Positions 11,594-20,512 of a stretch of DNA of 64,000 nt are shown piece by piece. The DNA comes from Spirochaetota bacterium (lineage in GTDB: Bacteria; Spirochaetota; Leptospiria; Turneriellales; Turneriellaceae). The stretch is taken from assembly GCA_049323535.1 (NCBI GenBank), contig JBMOPL010000006.1, forward strand, positions 31,614 to 95,613, read 5' to 3'. The position numbers and the translations under genes are program-made. The stretch's first letter is position 1. Each line of letters begins with the position of its first letter. The notes under the pieces are model-generated. The model was not told where the DNA came from and did no database searches. It saw nothing but the letters and a program-made list of their open reading frames with translations.

Positions 11594-12322
11594 TCAGTAG
11601 CGCAGCGAATGTTTCAGGCGGTTGATGGTTTCAACATCGCCGTTTGAAGCACCGCGCTTCTGGAATTCAAATGTGAAGCGGAACAGCTTCTCAAAGTAGA
11701 TCAGGTTTTCAATGTAGAAGTCGCGCTTGAACTTGATACGGTTAGGGTTGGTGGGATCGTTTTCGACATCCGCCAGTTTCACCTGGTAGTCTGGGCTCTT
11801 TTCCGCAACATCGGTCGCTTTGTTAAACGAGGTAGCGAGCTGTATGTCATTCGGGTTACCTTTGACAGGACCTGGGTGCAGTGCCTTCGTATAGTACTTG
11901 TACTGCTCGTAAAAATTCTGATCGTCTACGATCGTCTTGATCTTAGAAAGATCTTTACCGGCGAAATAGAGCCTCATGGTTTTTGCTGCTGTACCTACCG
12001 GACGACCATAGTTGTAAGACTGCGGATTGAACGTGTAAGCTACCAACTCGATGTATTCACCGTCTTCGTCTTTACCCATCGAAAAGATGGTCTGCGTAGG
12101 AGTCTGCTTCACCTTGGGACCGATGTCACGCAGCGTGTACATTGCCTGCAAACGCTCGCTGATCTGGCGAATCTGGTCGTCCAGGCGCTTTTCCGTCTCT
12201 GCCAGTTCTGCCGCTTTCTGGCTGTCTTTGCCCGCTTTGAATGACTCTTCGATCGCCGCGACCGAGATTGTCATGGTCACGGCGGTCAATACTGCAAGAG
12301 TCTTTTTTGTTTTGCCCAACAT
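11594..12322 (-). CDS. fcpB: Flagellar coiling protein FcpB homolog (periplasmic flagellar sheath)
   Basis: Signal peptide; ETEKRLDDQI and VEND.TNP.R..FKRDFY..NL.YFEKLF..LK.SLRY match my recollection of Leptospira FcpB; sigma28-like promoter upstream. Confidence 0.75.
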   Translation of the reverse strand: MLGKTKKTLAVLTAVTMTISVAAIEESFKAGKDSQKAAELAETEKRLDDQIRQISERLQAMYTLRDIGPKVKQTPTQTIFSMGKDEDGEYIELVAYTFNPQSYNYGRPVGTAAKTMRLYFAGKDLSKIKTIVDDQNFYEQYKYYTKALHPGPVKGNPNDIQLATSFNKATDVAEKSPDYQVKLADVENDPTNPNRIKFKRDFYIENLIYFEKLFRFTFEFQKRGASNGDVETINRLKHSLRY

Positions 12323-12358
12323 ATAAGTTTAGTCCCCTTTATGAGAATTCCCCTCTCT

Positions 12359-12385
12359 TTATCGACTTGAGAACGCGTAAACTGA
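12359..12385 (-). promoter_or_regulatory. Putative sigma28 (FliA) promoter of fcpB
   Basis: Minus strand TCAG-N15-GTCGATAA versus consensus TAAA-N15-GCCGATAA, directly upstream of a flagellar filament gene. Confidence 0.6.
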
Positions 12386-12454
12386 AATTGCTCCCAAGCG
12401 TTTTCGGCAGCCATAAAAAGTTGTCGTAGAAAGGGCTGGTTTTTCGTCGCCCGA

Positions 12455-13402
12455 TTATTCCGCCTCGTACATCGCCAGGTTGCGCTTTGAACCTGCCGGG
12501 ACCGGCAGGGTGTCGCCTTTGCGGATGGGTTGCTGTTCGGCCTTTATCATTTCGCGTACATAGTTAGGCAGCGCAAACAGCGAGTGGTGTGTGTCTTCGT
12601 TATAGAAGTGCAGCTCGGGCAGCTGGTGTTTAGCGAGGCGCTCGATAATCGTCTTCTTGTCGACGCTGGTTGGGTCCTGTGTCTTGCTGGCGAGCGCAAA
12701 GCCCCAGAGCGTACCGTACAATGGGACATAATTTGTCATCGGTTTGACGATCGGGAAGACCGATTTCAGCGTCCAGTACAGCTTGCTGAAGAGTTCAGGC
12801 CGCGTGATGGGAGATTCGATGTGCAGGCTCAGGATTCCCTTGTCGCTCAGGATCTTGCTGATCTGCGCGTAGAATTCGTGTGTGTAAAGTTCGATCGATG
12901 GCCCGAACGGGTCGGTCAGGTCGAGCAGCACCTGGTCGAAAGTTTCTTTGGTTTCGAAAACATACTTGATGCCGTCCTCAATTCGCAGCTCGAGTTTGGG
13001 GTCATTGAACGCATTACCGCAGATGCCCGGAATGTGCTCTTTGCAGGCATCGACGACGCCGCCGTCGAGTTCGACCATGACGACCTTTTCGATGGTCTTA
13101 TACTTGAGAAATTCTTCGGCTGCACCGCCATCGCCACCGCCAATGACGAGCGCCTTTTTCGGGCCGTCGATGGTGATGCCGCCAACGTGTGCCAGCGGTT
13201 CATGGTAGAGAAATTCGTCGCGGTCAGAGGTCTGGAAAACGCCGTCAAGGCGGAGCATGCGCCCGTGGCGCGGAAGCTCGTGTACTTCCAGATCCTGGAA
13301 CTTCGTGCGGGTCTCGTAGAGTTTCTTATTTGTTCTGAAGAAATACCCCATGTCGGGGTTGAGCGTTTCGACGAGGATGTCGTCGCGTTTCTTATCTGCC
13401 AT
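12455..13402 (-). CDS. speE: Spermidine synthase (polyamine aminopropyltransferase)
   Basis: LRLDGVFQ, DEFLYHEPLAH, LVIGGGDGG, VELDGGVV, LLDLTDP. Confidence 0.93.
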   Translation of the reverse strand: MADKKRDDILVETLNPDMGYFFRTNKKLYETRTKFQDLEVHELPRHGRMLRLDGVFQTSDRDEFLYHEPLAHVGGITIDGPKKALVIGGGDGGAAEEFLKYKTIEKVVMVELDGGVVDACKEHIPGICGNAFNDPKLELRIEDGIKYVFETKETFDQVLLDLTDPFGPSIELYTHEFYAQISKILSDKGILSLHIESPITRPELFSKLYWTLKSVFPIVKPMTNYVPLYGTLWGFALASKTQDPTSVDKKTIIERLAKHQLPELHFYNEDTHHSLFALPNYVREMIKAEQQPIRKGDTLPVPAGSKRNLAMYEAE

Positions 13403-13489
13403 GGGTCAGATTGCCCCTTTGAGACAGGGCGCAAACCCAAACCCGGCCAGGGTTTGCAGGGCCGCCTGGGGCAGCCCTGCTGCCAGTGC

Positions 13490-13777
13490 TTACTTATCGC
13501 ATTTCCAGGCGACAGCTTTCGCTGTGTACTGTTTGCCGAGTTTTGGGTGTGTGTGAGAGGTGATGCTGAGGAACACCTTGTCAGCGTTCATTTCTTTCGC
13601 CTGCTCGCGCACGGCCTTCTCAGCGGTTTCGCGATCCATCTGCATGAACTTGTTGCCTGCTGCGACTTCACCGAGACGCTCGCAACCTTTTACATCGTTT
13701 TCGCTGGGCACTACCTGTACCGAAGCCACAGAACCTGCAAATGCCATTGCCGCCAGAACCATCATTGTCTTTTTCAT
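13490..13777 (-). CDS. Small secreted protein, DUF4156-like; paralog of 61526-61810
   Basis: GGAGG SD, signal peptide MKKTMMVLAA, two Cys (GCERLGEV, AWKCDK). Confidence 0.7.
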   Translation of the reverse strand: MKKTMMVLAAMAFAGSVASVQVVPSENDVKGCERLGEVAAGNKFMQMDRETAEKAVREQAKEMNADKVFLSITSHTHPKLGKQYTAKAVAWKCDK

Positions 13778-13947
13778 GTTGTCCTCCAGTGATACCCGCG
13801 GTATCTTTTTTTGGCGGGGGATTTGTTCTTGTTTTGTGCCCGCCGCCGTTCGAGGGTTGTGCCCTCTTGTTGATCTGAATATCGCCCATTTTCGGCGATT
13901 TGTCATCAGAGCCGCCACGGTATTATCTGCGTGTTACTACGGAGTTT
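13778..13947 (-). promoter_or_regulatory. Conserved structured 5' leader, copy 1 (candidate cis-regulatory RNA and/or promoter)
   Basis: Aligns with 61357-61525 at about 70-75% identity by eye over the first ~90 nt; shared hairpins; near-identical distance to ATG. Confidence 0.6.
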
Positions 13948-14111
13948 CGTAACTTCTGGAGCTCCGCCGCGTTACTTTTGGGCTGTAAATGGCAGAAAAT
14001 GCGCCGAGGCTCATGCGGTGCCTGTCTGATGGGACGTTCTTCCAGATGTGTTCGTGGCAGGTTTGGCGCAATGTCGTTCGACACGTGTGGGGATATTCAG
14101 TTTTTGGAGCG

Positions 14112-15116
14112 ATGCGTTTTTGGGGATGGGGATTCACATTTTTTCTCGCGGCTTTAGTACCTACCAGCTGCAGTAACAGCTGGGGCAAATTCTGGGAGAT
14201 CCAGGGCGAAGATGCCACCGCCAAATGCCGCGGTGCCGTATCGGGCGATTCGATCAGCATGATCTGCGTGCCGGCGAACACGACGGGGTTTAGCCGGGGT
14301 TGGGCGGGGCTCGGCACGCCGATACATACCGTGGCTTCTATTTCCAGTTTCGCCATGGGTAAATATGAGGTCAAATACGCAGAGTGGGAAATCGTTCGCC
14401 TCTGGGCAATTAGCAATGGCTATACTTTCGCCAATGTTGGCGTACAAGGTGACGGCGCTGGCACTACTGATCAGCATCCTGCAACCAGCATGAACTGGCG
14501 GGACATGGTGATCTGGTGCAACGCGGCATCACAAAAAAACGGCCTAACCCCCGTATATTACACCGATGCGGCTTTCACAACCCCGATGAAGATTGCGACG
14601 AATAATGCACTCAGCGGCGCGACAACTGTTGCCGGGGGTGAGGACAATCCGTATTTCCTCTGGTCGGCAAATGGTTATCGCCTACCGACAAGTGCCGAAT
14701 ACGAATATGCAGCCCGCTATGAGAATGCCTCAACATTCACGCGCGGCGATGCACCTAGCGGCTGGAAAGATAACAATCCTGCCAACGGAGCTATCGATCA
14801 GGCTGAAAAGAATGCCGTCTCGTGGGATAACAACAGTTCACCGGGAAATACTCAACCGGTAGGTCAGTTGCAGCCGAATGCGCTGGGTTTCTATGACCTG
14901 AGCGGAAATGTATTTGAATTGTCGAATGACTGGTTAGCGACATATGTTGACGCATCACCCTTTACCGATGCCGATAGTAAAGGTGGGGCAACAGGCACGA
15001 ACCGTGAGGTGCGTGGAGGTGGTTTCGGTGGTGAATTTGGGACTGCTGCCCGGGGAAGTACAGTACCCGATGCCGGTGCGAACGAACGCGGCTTTCGCGT
15101 TGTCAGGCGTCCTTAG
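14112..15116 (+). CDS. FGE-sulfatase (formylglycine-generating enzyme-like) domain lipoprotein
   Basis: Lipobox-like VPTSC; MGKYEV, RLPTSAEYEYAAR, NALGFYDLSGNVFE, RGGGF, GFRVV. Confidence 0.85.
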   Translation: MRFWGWGFTFFLAALVPTSCSNSWGKFWEIQGEDATAKCRGAVSGDSISMICVPANTTGFSRGWAGLGTPIHTVASISSFAMGKYEVKYAEWEIVRLWAISNGYTFANVGVQGDGAGTTDQHPATSMNWRDMVIWCNAASQKNGLTPVYYTDAAFTTPMKIATNNALSGATTVAGGEDNPYFLWSANGYRLPTSAEYEYAARYENASTFTRGDAPSGWKDNNPANGAIDQAEKNAVSWDNNSSPGNTQPVGQLQPNALGFYDLSGNVFELSNDWLATYVDASPFTDADSKGGATGTNREVRGGGFGGEFGTAARGSTVPDAGANERGFRVVRRP

Positions 15117-15144
15117 GTGCGCAAAGCGCACCTAAGAATTCAAA

Positions 15145-15822
15145 CTACTCAAAATCCAGCAGCTCAACTTCGAAGTTGAGTACCGAGTTTGCGGGTATCG
15201 TGCCGCTGTTGCGTGCGCCGTATGCAAGTTCGCTCGGAATTGTCAGTTGGTACTTCGCACCCTTTTTCATCAGCTGCAGTGCTTCGGTCCAGCCACGGAT
15301 AACCTGGCTCACGCCAAATTCTGCGGGCTGGCCGCGCTTGTACGAGCTGTCAAATTCGGTGCCGTCGATCAATGTGCCGCGGTAGTGGACTTTGACAGTG
15401 CTGGTAGCTTTGGGTGAGGTGCCGCTGCCAGCGTTGATGACCTTGTACTGCAGACCCGAGGCGGTGACCTGTACACCTGGCTTCGCCTTATTCGCTTCAA
15501 GGTATTCTTTGCCCTTGGCTGCATTTTCAGCCGCTACTTTGGGGTCGCCGCCCTGGTTGCGCGACTGCAGTGATTGTATTGCCTGGCGCATTTCGTCTTC
15601 TGACATGCGCAGTTCATTGCCTGCCATGGTATCTTTGATTGCAGCGGCAATCGTCGCCGGGTCTACATCAGCGCCCTGTGATTTGAGTGCACGACCTACC
15701 TGGTAGCCAATCGCGTAACTCGCTTTGCCCTTTTCAGAGCTGACATCCGCCCGGTTACAGGCGCTAAAACTTATAGTGGTGATGGCGAGAGCGGCGAGTC
15801 CCGCCCGGTTGATTTGTTTCAT
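15145..15822 (-). CDS. FKBP-type PPIase, FkpA/Mip family lipoprotein
   Basis: ASYAIG N-domain, SGLQYKV, HYRGTLIDGTEFDSS, VIRGWTEALQLM, LNFEVELL. Confidence 0.92.
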   Translation of the reverse strand: MKQINRAGLAALAITTISFSACNRADVSSEKGKASYAIGYQVGRALKSQGADVDPATIAAAIKDTMAGNELRMSEDEMRQAIQSLQSRNQGGDPKVAAENAAKGKEYLEANKAKPGVQVTASGLQYKVINAGSGTSPKATSTVKVHYRGTLIDGTEFDSSYKRGQPAEFGVSQVIRGWTEALQLMKKGAKYQLTIPSELAYGARNSGTIPANSVLNFEVELLDFE

Positions 15823-15868
15823 TGAGCGGGTAAGCCTACCCTGCCCGGCGCGCGTAAACAAGGATTTG

Positions 15869-16885
15869 CTAAAGCGAAAGGCTCACGCCGCTACCCTTTG
15901 CCAATCGGCCCATGACGGCGGCTTCAGGATAGACCTTGCGGATTTTCTCCAGTTCGCCTTCTGCGGCGATCAATATCAGGCCGGTGCCCATATTGAACGT
16001 ATGGAAGAGTTTTTCCCGTTCGACATATTTTTCGAGCAGATCTGCCGCAGCTAACCGGAAAGGTTCAGGGTTCTCGATCACCGCACCAAGACCTTCAGCA
16101 ATGGCGCGCGGCAGGTTTTCATGAATGCCACCACCCGTGATGTGGGCGATGCCCTTAACCTCAGCCTGTTGCAGCAGCGCGGGCACTTCTTTATAAATAC
16201 GAGTGGGATTTAGCCACGTGGCGATGAACTTTTCCCGGTCGGCGGCCATTGTCTGAAACTCAGCCGGGTTGTTCTTTTCCAGTTCAGCAAAGATTTTTCT
16301 TACCAGCGAATACCCGTTTGAGTGCAGGCCGCTCGAAGAGAGTGCAATAAGCAGATCGCCCTCGTGCTGCAGCTCGGGATTCGGTAGCCGGCGGTCGCGC
16401 GCTATAAATCCCACTGCGAAGCCTGCTAAGTCAAAATCGTCGTCGGGCATGACGCCGGGATGCTCGGCCGTTTCGCCGCCCATAAGCGCCATCGGCGTGG
16501 CAGCGCAGGCATCGGCGATCGAACTGAGCACGCGGTTGTACCACGATTCATCGAGTTTGCCGCAGGCGATGTAGTCTAAGAAAAAAGCCGGTGTGGCGCC
16601 CGAACAAAAGAGGTCGTTGACGCACATGGCGACGAGGTCCTGGCCGATACCCTCGAGATAATTGAAGCGGCGGAGCAACTGCGTCTTGGTGCCCACGCCG
16701 TCGGTGGTGGCGACTATGTCGTAACCGGGAATTGCCACCGGTTGAAAGCGGCCCGCGAAGCCGCCATACTGGCCGACGATATCGCCGACACCCTTGACCT
16801 TGTGTGTTCCGGTAATGCGGTCTTTGAGGTTATGGATTAGCTTCTGCGCATACTCGGTATCGACGCCCGCGGTTTTGTAATCCAT
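15869..16885 (-). CDS. purM: Phosphoribosylformylglycinamidine cyclo-ligase (AIR synthase)
   Basis: YKTAGVD, TDGVGTK, GGETAEHPG, SSGLHSNGYSLVRK, AHITGGG, TFNMG. Confidence 0.95.
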   Translation of the reverse strand: MDYKTAGVDTEYAQKLIHNLKDRITGTHKVKGVGDIVGQYGGFAGRFQPVAIPGYDIVATTDGVGTKTQLLRRFNYLEGIGQDLVAMCVNDLFCSGATPAFFLDYIACGKLDESWYNRVLSSIADACAATPMALMGGETAEHPGVMPDDDFDLAGFAVGFIARDRRLPNPELQHEGDLLIALSSSGLHSNGYSLVRKIFAELEKNNPAEFQTMAADREKFIATWLNPTRIYKEVPALLQQAEVKGIAHITGGGIHENLPRAIAEGLGAVIENPEPFRLAAADLLEKYVEREKLFHTFNMGTGLILIAAEGELEKIRKVYPEAAVMGRLAKGSGVSLSL

Positions 16886-16931
16886 GCGGGAGTTATTTTG
16901 GCTCAGGACAGGGCGAAAATGGAATTTTGGT

Positions 16932-17993
16932 TTAGTATCCCGCCACACTTGTGGGCTGGGTTCCTGTGCTGTAGCTGCCCACTAGATTAAGGCTTGAGCC
17001 AGAAACCGAGTATGCGTTTACCTTGTTTTCGCCGTTGCAGACGAGGTAGGCAAAGTTACTGCTGTTGATGTGAATCTGCGCAGGGGTCGTGCAGGCGGTG
17101 ACGGTACCGGCGGCTGTCAGAGCGCCTGAAGACATCGTGAAGACAGATACATTGCCCGACCCTGAATTCGATACGAGTGCAGTCGTTCGGTCGCTATTCA
17201 CTGCGACAAACACGGGATTGGTGCCGGCTGCAATATTGGCTTTTCCCAGAGGAGCAAGGGCCCACTGTGAAATGGCAAAATACTCTACATTGCCGTTTGC
17301 GCAGGGTGCATAGATATAAGGAGCGCTGCCGCCAGTGACTGAAACACCCAGTGGCAGAGCACCACCGGTTAGATTAGCCGCAGGTGTTCCGTTGGCGTTG
17401 ATGACCCCCGTCGTTGCATTGATATCAAACAGGCGTACCTGGTTTGTGCCAGAATCTGCCAAAACGACGTAACTATTGGTGCCGCTGGAAACAGTCAGGG
17501 TTCGAGGTGTGGTAGCACCTGAAGCAAAGGGCGAACCCGCCATCGCTGTCATTGCGCCTGTAGTGCTATCGAGCGTGTAGCCAGAGATGGTGTCGTCGTT
17601 CTCATTGACCACGTAGGCAAAATTCTTCGTCGCGTGCAGCGCAATCATGCGTGGGTTATCCCCCGCGCTCGCTGAGCTCTTGAATGTGAGTTTGCGGGTC
17701 TCTTTGTCGACTGCATAGATATAAACGTCATCGCTCCCACTGTTGACGACGTAGGCAAAGGTGCCGGCAGAATTCACTGCGACGTGTACAGGGGTTGTGC
17801 CCGCTGAGACCGTGCCCAGGTCGTTCAGGATGCCCGACTTCGGGTCAGCCGCGAACATCGAGACAGTATTCGAGGCTGAGTTGGTGATATAGAGGCCGGT
17901 GCTGTTCAGGTTGCGATTGAATGCGTCTTCATATGACTTGCAGCCGCTTGCGGCGAAAATCATGCTGAACAGAGCGAAGGTAAGGTGTTTCAT
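16932..17993 (-). CDS. Beta-propeller lipoprotein (lactonase/YncE-like 7-blade)
   Basis: Lipobox AASGC; repeated G..P......N..G.FAYVVN..S blades. Confidence 0.75.
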   Translation of the reverse strand: MKHLTFALFSMIFAASGCKSYEDAFNRNLNSTGLYITNSASNTVSMFAADPKSGILNDLGTVSAGTTPVHVAVNSAGTFAYVVNSGSDDVYIYAVDKETRKLTFKSSASAGDNPRMIALHATKNFAYVVNENDDTISGYTLDSTTGAMTAMAGSPFASGATTPRTLTVSSGTNSYVVLADSGTNQVRLFDINATTGVINANGTPAANLTGGALPLGVSVTGGSAPYIYAPCANGNVEYFAISQWALAPLGKANIAAGTNPVFVAVNSDRTTALVSNSGSGNVSVFTMSSGALTAAGTVTACTTPAQIHINSSNFAYLVCNGENKVNAYSVSGSSLNLVGSYSTGTQPTSVAGY

Positions 17994-19060
17994 CAGAATC
18001 TCCACAATCCGCCGAACGTCGCGGCGGCAGATGAAATTTGGGTAGAACCGGCCATGGCGAAAACGTAACGCCCTTCGACCAGGATGCCGAAGCGCGGGCT
18101 AACATCGAATACGGTGCGCAGACCTGCCATGGCGACACCGTAACCGTAGGTCGTTGATTCCACCGAGCCATTGAGTTTGCCGAACTGGTACCCGCCATAG
18201 AGTACGGCCTGCATGTGCCACGAAATGCCGCCCCAGAATTCGTAACCGACCAGGCCAAAGGAGGCAATACCATAGAGGCTTTCAAATCGGTTGTCTTTGC
18301 GCAGGTACTGCAGGTACTCGGCGTTCACGCCGAGAAACAGGTTTTTTGCCAGGCCATGGTAGGCAAACTCTGCATTTCCCCCCACAGCATAGGGAAAACC
18401 TTCTTTCACGAAACCCAGTGGCATAAGGCCTATCGCTCCGCCGGTGGCATGAAAGCGCTTTTCTTTCGAAGAGGGCAGCGCCACCTCTACCTTTGGGGTC
18501 ACGGGTACTGTCACTGTTGTGAAGTAGGTGACGAACGAATCACCAACTTTTTCGAGAAAACCCATCGCCTCGTCGCGTTCGACTTCAGTGTCGACCTTGC
18601 GCAAATTCTGCCCGGATTCGACTGCTGCCATGCGTACCAGGAATGAGATGCGTTTACCCTTTTTGTCACGCGCGATACGGCCAAAGATCACGCAGTCGGC
18701 CTGCCGCGCAGCAGCGTAAGACAGTGTCTGTTCAAGGTAGCGTTCGGCCTTGAGTTTCTTTTCGCGCAGCAGCGGTTTCATCTCTTCGTTGATCATGCTG
18801 CGCGAGATCACATCGAGGCGGCCATCGGTTTCGAATTTTTCAGCGATATAGTCGCCGATTGCCTTGCCCATGTCGGGTTTGCCATACGTGACGTAAAAAT
18901 TCGCAATATAGATTTTGGGCCGGTTGCCGCGCAGCTCCGCCGAGCAGCCCTTGGGGATCTCAAGGTTCGGGGTGCTCTGCGCCGGGACAGGGGCCGCATT
19001 CTGCGACCAGATCTGGCCGGCGGCAAGCATTGCCAGAAAAACAAAGAATAGACGTTGCAT
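17993..19060 (-). CDS. Exported protein with CsgG/TolB-N-like domain and C-terminal outer-membrane beta-barrel
   Basis: Signal peptide; IYIANF..ADCVIFGRI fold; amphipathic strands ending in GLWRF. Confidence 0.55.
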   Translation of the reverse strand: MQRLFFVFLAMLAAGQIWSQNAAPVPAQSTPNLEIPKGCSAELRGNRPKIYIANFYVTYGKPDMGKAIGDYIAEKFETDGRLDVISRSMINEEMKPLLREKKLKAERYLEQTLSYAAARQADCVIFGRIARDKKGKRISFLVRMAAVESGQNLRKVDTEVERDEAMGFLEKVGDSFVTYFTTVTVPVTPKVEVALPSSKEKRFHATGGAIGLMPLGFVKEGFPYAVGGNAEFAYHGLAKNLFLGVNAEYLQYLRKDNRFESLYGIASFGLVGYEFWGGISWHMQAVLYGGYQFGKLNGSVESTTYGYGVAMAGLRTVFDVSPRFGILVEGRYVFAMAGSTQISSAAATFGGLWRF

Positions 19061-19120
19061 GGATTCTCTCCGGTTCGACGTAAGAAGTCGCGATGTTGTC
19101 GACAATTTTTATCTGAATTG

Positions 19121-19489
19121 TTATTCGTCTGCGATGGCTTCGCGCGCCATTGCAGCTGCTGCAATGCAGACCTCGAAATCATGCAACGCCCGGCCCGTAC
19201 GCAGCGCGGTACCCTGTTTTTCCACTCGTACCTGGTAGCCTGGCCGTTTCTTTTCGATGAATATCTGGTAGTCTCCGTCGCCCTTTTCTGCAAAGTTAAC
19301 GGGGTGATTGCGGTTGCGGTTAATTGCCTTCAGGCAGTTTTTCTCGGCATTTTCGTCCCGCAGACCCTGGATGGTTATCGTTACGGGCTCACGACTGCCC
19401 GCAGAACCTGCCTTAGCCGGGCTCTGCGATAACAGGGGTGTCGCGCAGATGATAAGAAAGATCGAATATCTTAAGAGAGCCGACGGCAT
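19121..19489 (-). CDS. Hypothetical secreted protein
   Basis: Signal-like N-terminus; abuts the next gene; overlaps the upstream regulator by 77 bp. Confidence 0.45.
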   Translation of the reverse strand: MPSALLRYSIFLIICATPLLSQSPAKAGSAGSREPVTITIQGLRDENAEKNCLKAINRNRNHPVNFAEKGDGDYQIFIEKKRPGYQVRVEKQGTALRTGRALHDFEVCIAAAAMAREAIADE

Positions 19490-20399
19490 CGTCTTTCTCG
19501 TAATACCGGTCATAGATAATAATAACTTCGGTTGAAACGCCGGGGTCAATGATGAAATAATACTCGCCCGACAGCTGGCGAATCAGGTCGAGACCGCGGC
19601 CACGATCGAGCACGAGGTGCGAGATGTCTTCGCCGGTTTCTGCGGCTTTCTCGATCATTTTCTGCTGCTCAACAGTCTGCCGAAGAGCCTCAATAATGAT
19701 CGAGGGCGTCAGCGTGCCCATTCTGTCGCGCACGGCAATGCCGAAAGCACTTTCGCTTGCGCCATAGGTCACTTCAACTTCGTAGGGGTGGGGGAGCTCA
19801 ATCGCGACACGTTCCTTTTTCTCGTTGGTGTAACCATGCGCGTGGTAGACCGCGTTTATCAGGATTTCCTGCCAGACGAGGTCCATTTCGGTCTCGTGGT
19901 TAAAGTTAAACCCCCACGCATGCATTTCGTTGAGTATGGTCTTGATGCACGTACGGACCTGCGTCGAGCGCCTGAGTTTCATTCTGCGCAGTTTGCGCAG
20001 GTCAGGAATGTAATTGTGAATACCGAACCAGACTCGTGGGTCAACAGTAAGAAGATTTGCCAGCACCTTGGCAAGCTCGGCACCCTTGATGGGCTTTGGC
20101 AGTACGATTGTGACATTTTTGCTGCCGAGTGCCGTCATGTAGTCATCGACATTCTCCTCGGTGGTGAGCAGCACCGGGGCCTTGCTCAGCACCTTGAGAT
20201 CCGTCAATATACGAAAGTCGTGGGGTTTCGCAGCCCGAATATCAATGATGATAATCTCAGGGCGAACTTCGTCGACGACAACCTTGCATTCGGCAGAGTT
20301 ATCAACAAAGTACGGGCGGTAGTTATTCTTGAGAAGGATATTCTCAACAATCGTGCGGTAAATACCGTCTGGTTCAAATACGACGATCTTTGGGCCCAT
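19413..20399 (-). CDS. Response regulator with C-terminal RsbW-like HATPase domain (paralog of 9702-10778)
   Basis: Atypical REC (VFEPD, IIDIR, PKP); QEILINA, VRDRMG, DRGRGLDLI. Confidence 0.72.
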   Translation of the reverse strand: MGPKIVVFEPDGIYRTIVENILLKNNYRPYFVDNSAECKVVVDEVRPEIIIIDIRAAKPHDFRILTDLKVLSKAPVLLTTEENVDDYMTALGSKNVTIVLPKPIKGAELAKVLANLLTVDPRVWFGIHNYIPDLRKLRRMKLRRSTQVRTCIKTILNEMHAWGFNFNHETEMDLVWQEILINAVYHAHGYTNEKKERVAIELPHPYEVEVTYGASESAFGIAVRDRMGTLTPSIIIEALRQTVEQQKMIEKAAETGEDISHLVLDRGRGLDLIRQLSGEYYFIIDPGVSTEVIIIYDRYYEKDDAVGSLKIFDLSYHLRDTPVIAEPG

Positions 20400-20512
20400 T
20401 GCTACCTTTTGAATATCGACCGAAAAACCCAGCGGGAGTTAGCTTTTTTAGGGCCGGCCTTTACCGGTTACGGAATTCCCTGGCCCGGCTATGTGACATT
20501 TTACCGGAAAGA

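Noticed and set aside
12530-13792. 420-aa ORF on + strand
   Set aside because: Antisense shadow of speE and the DUF4156-like gene; no motifs
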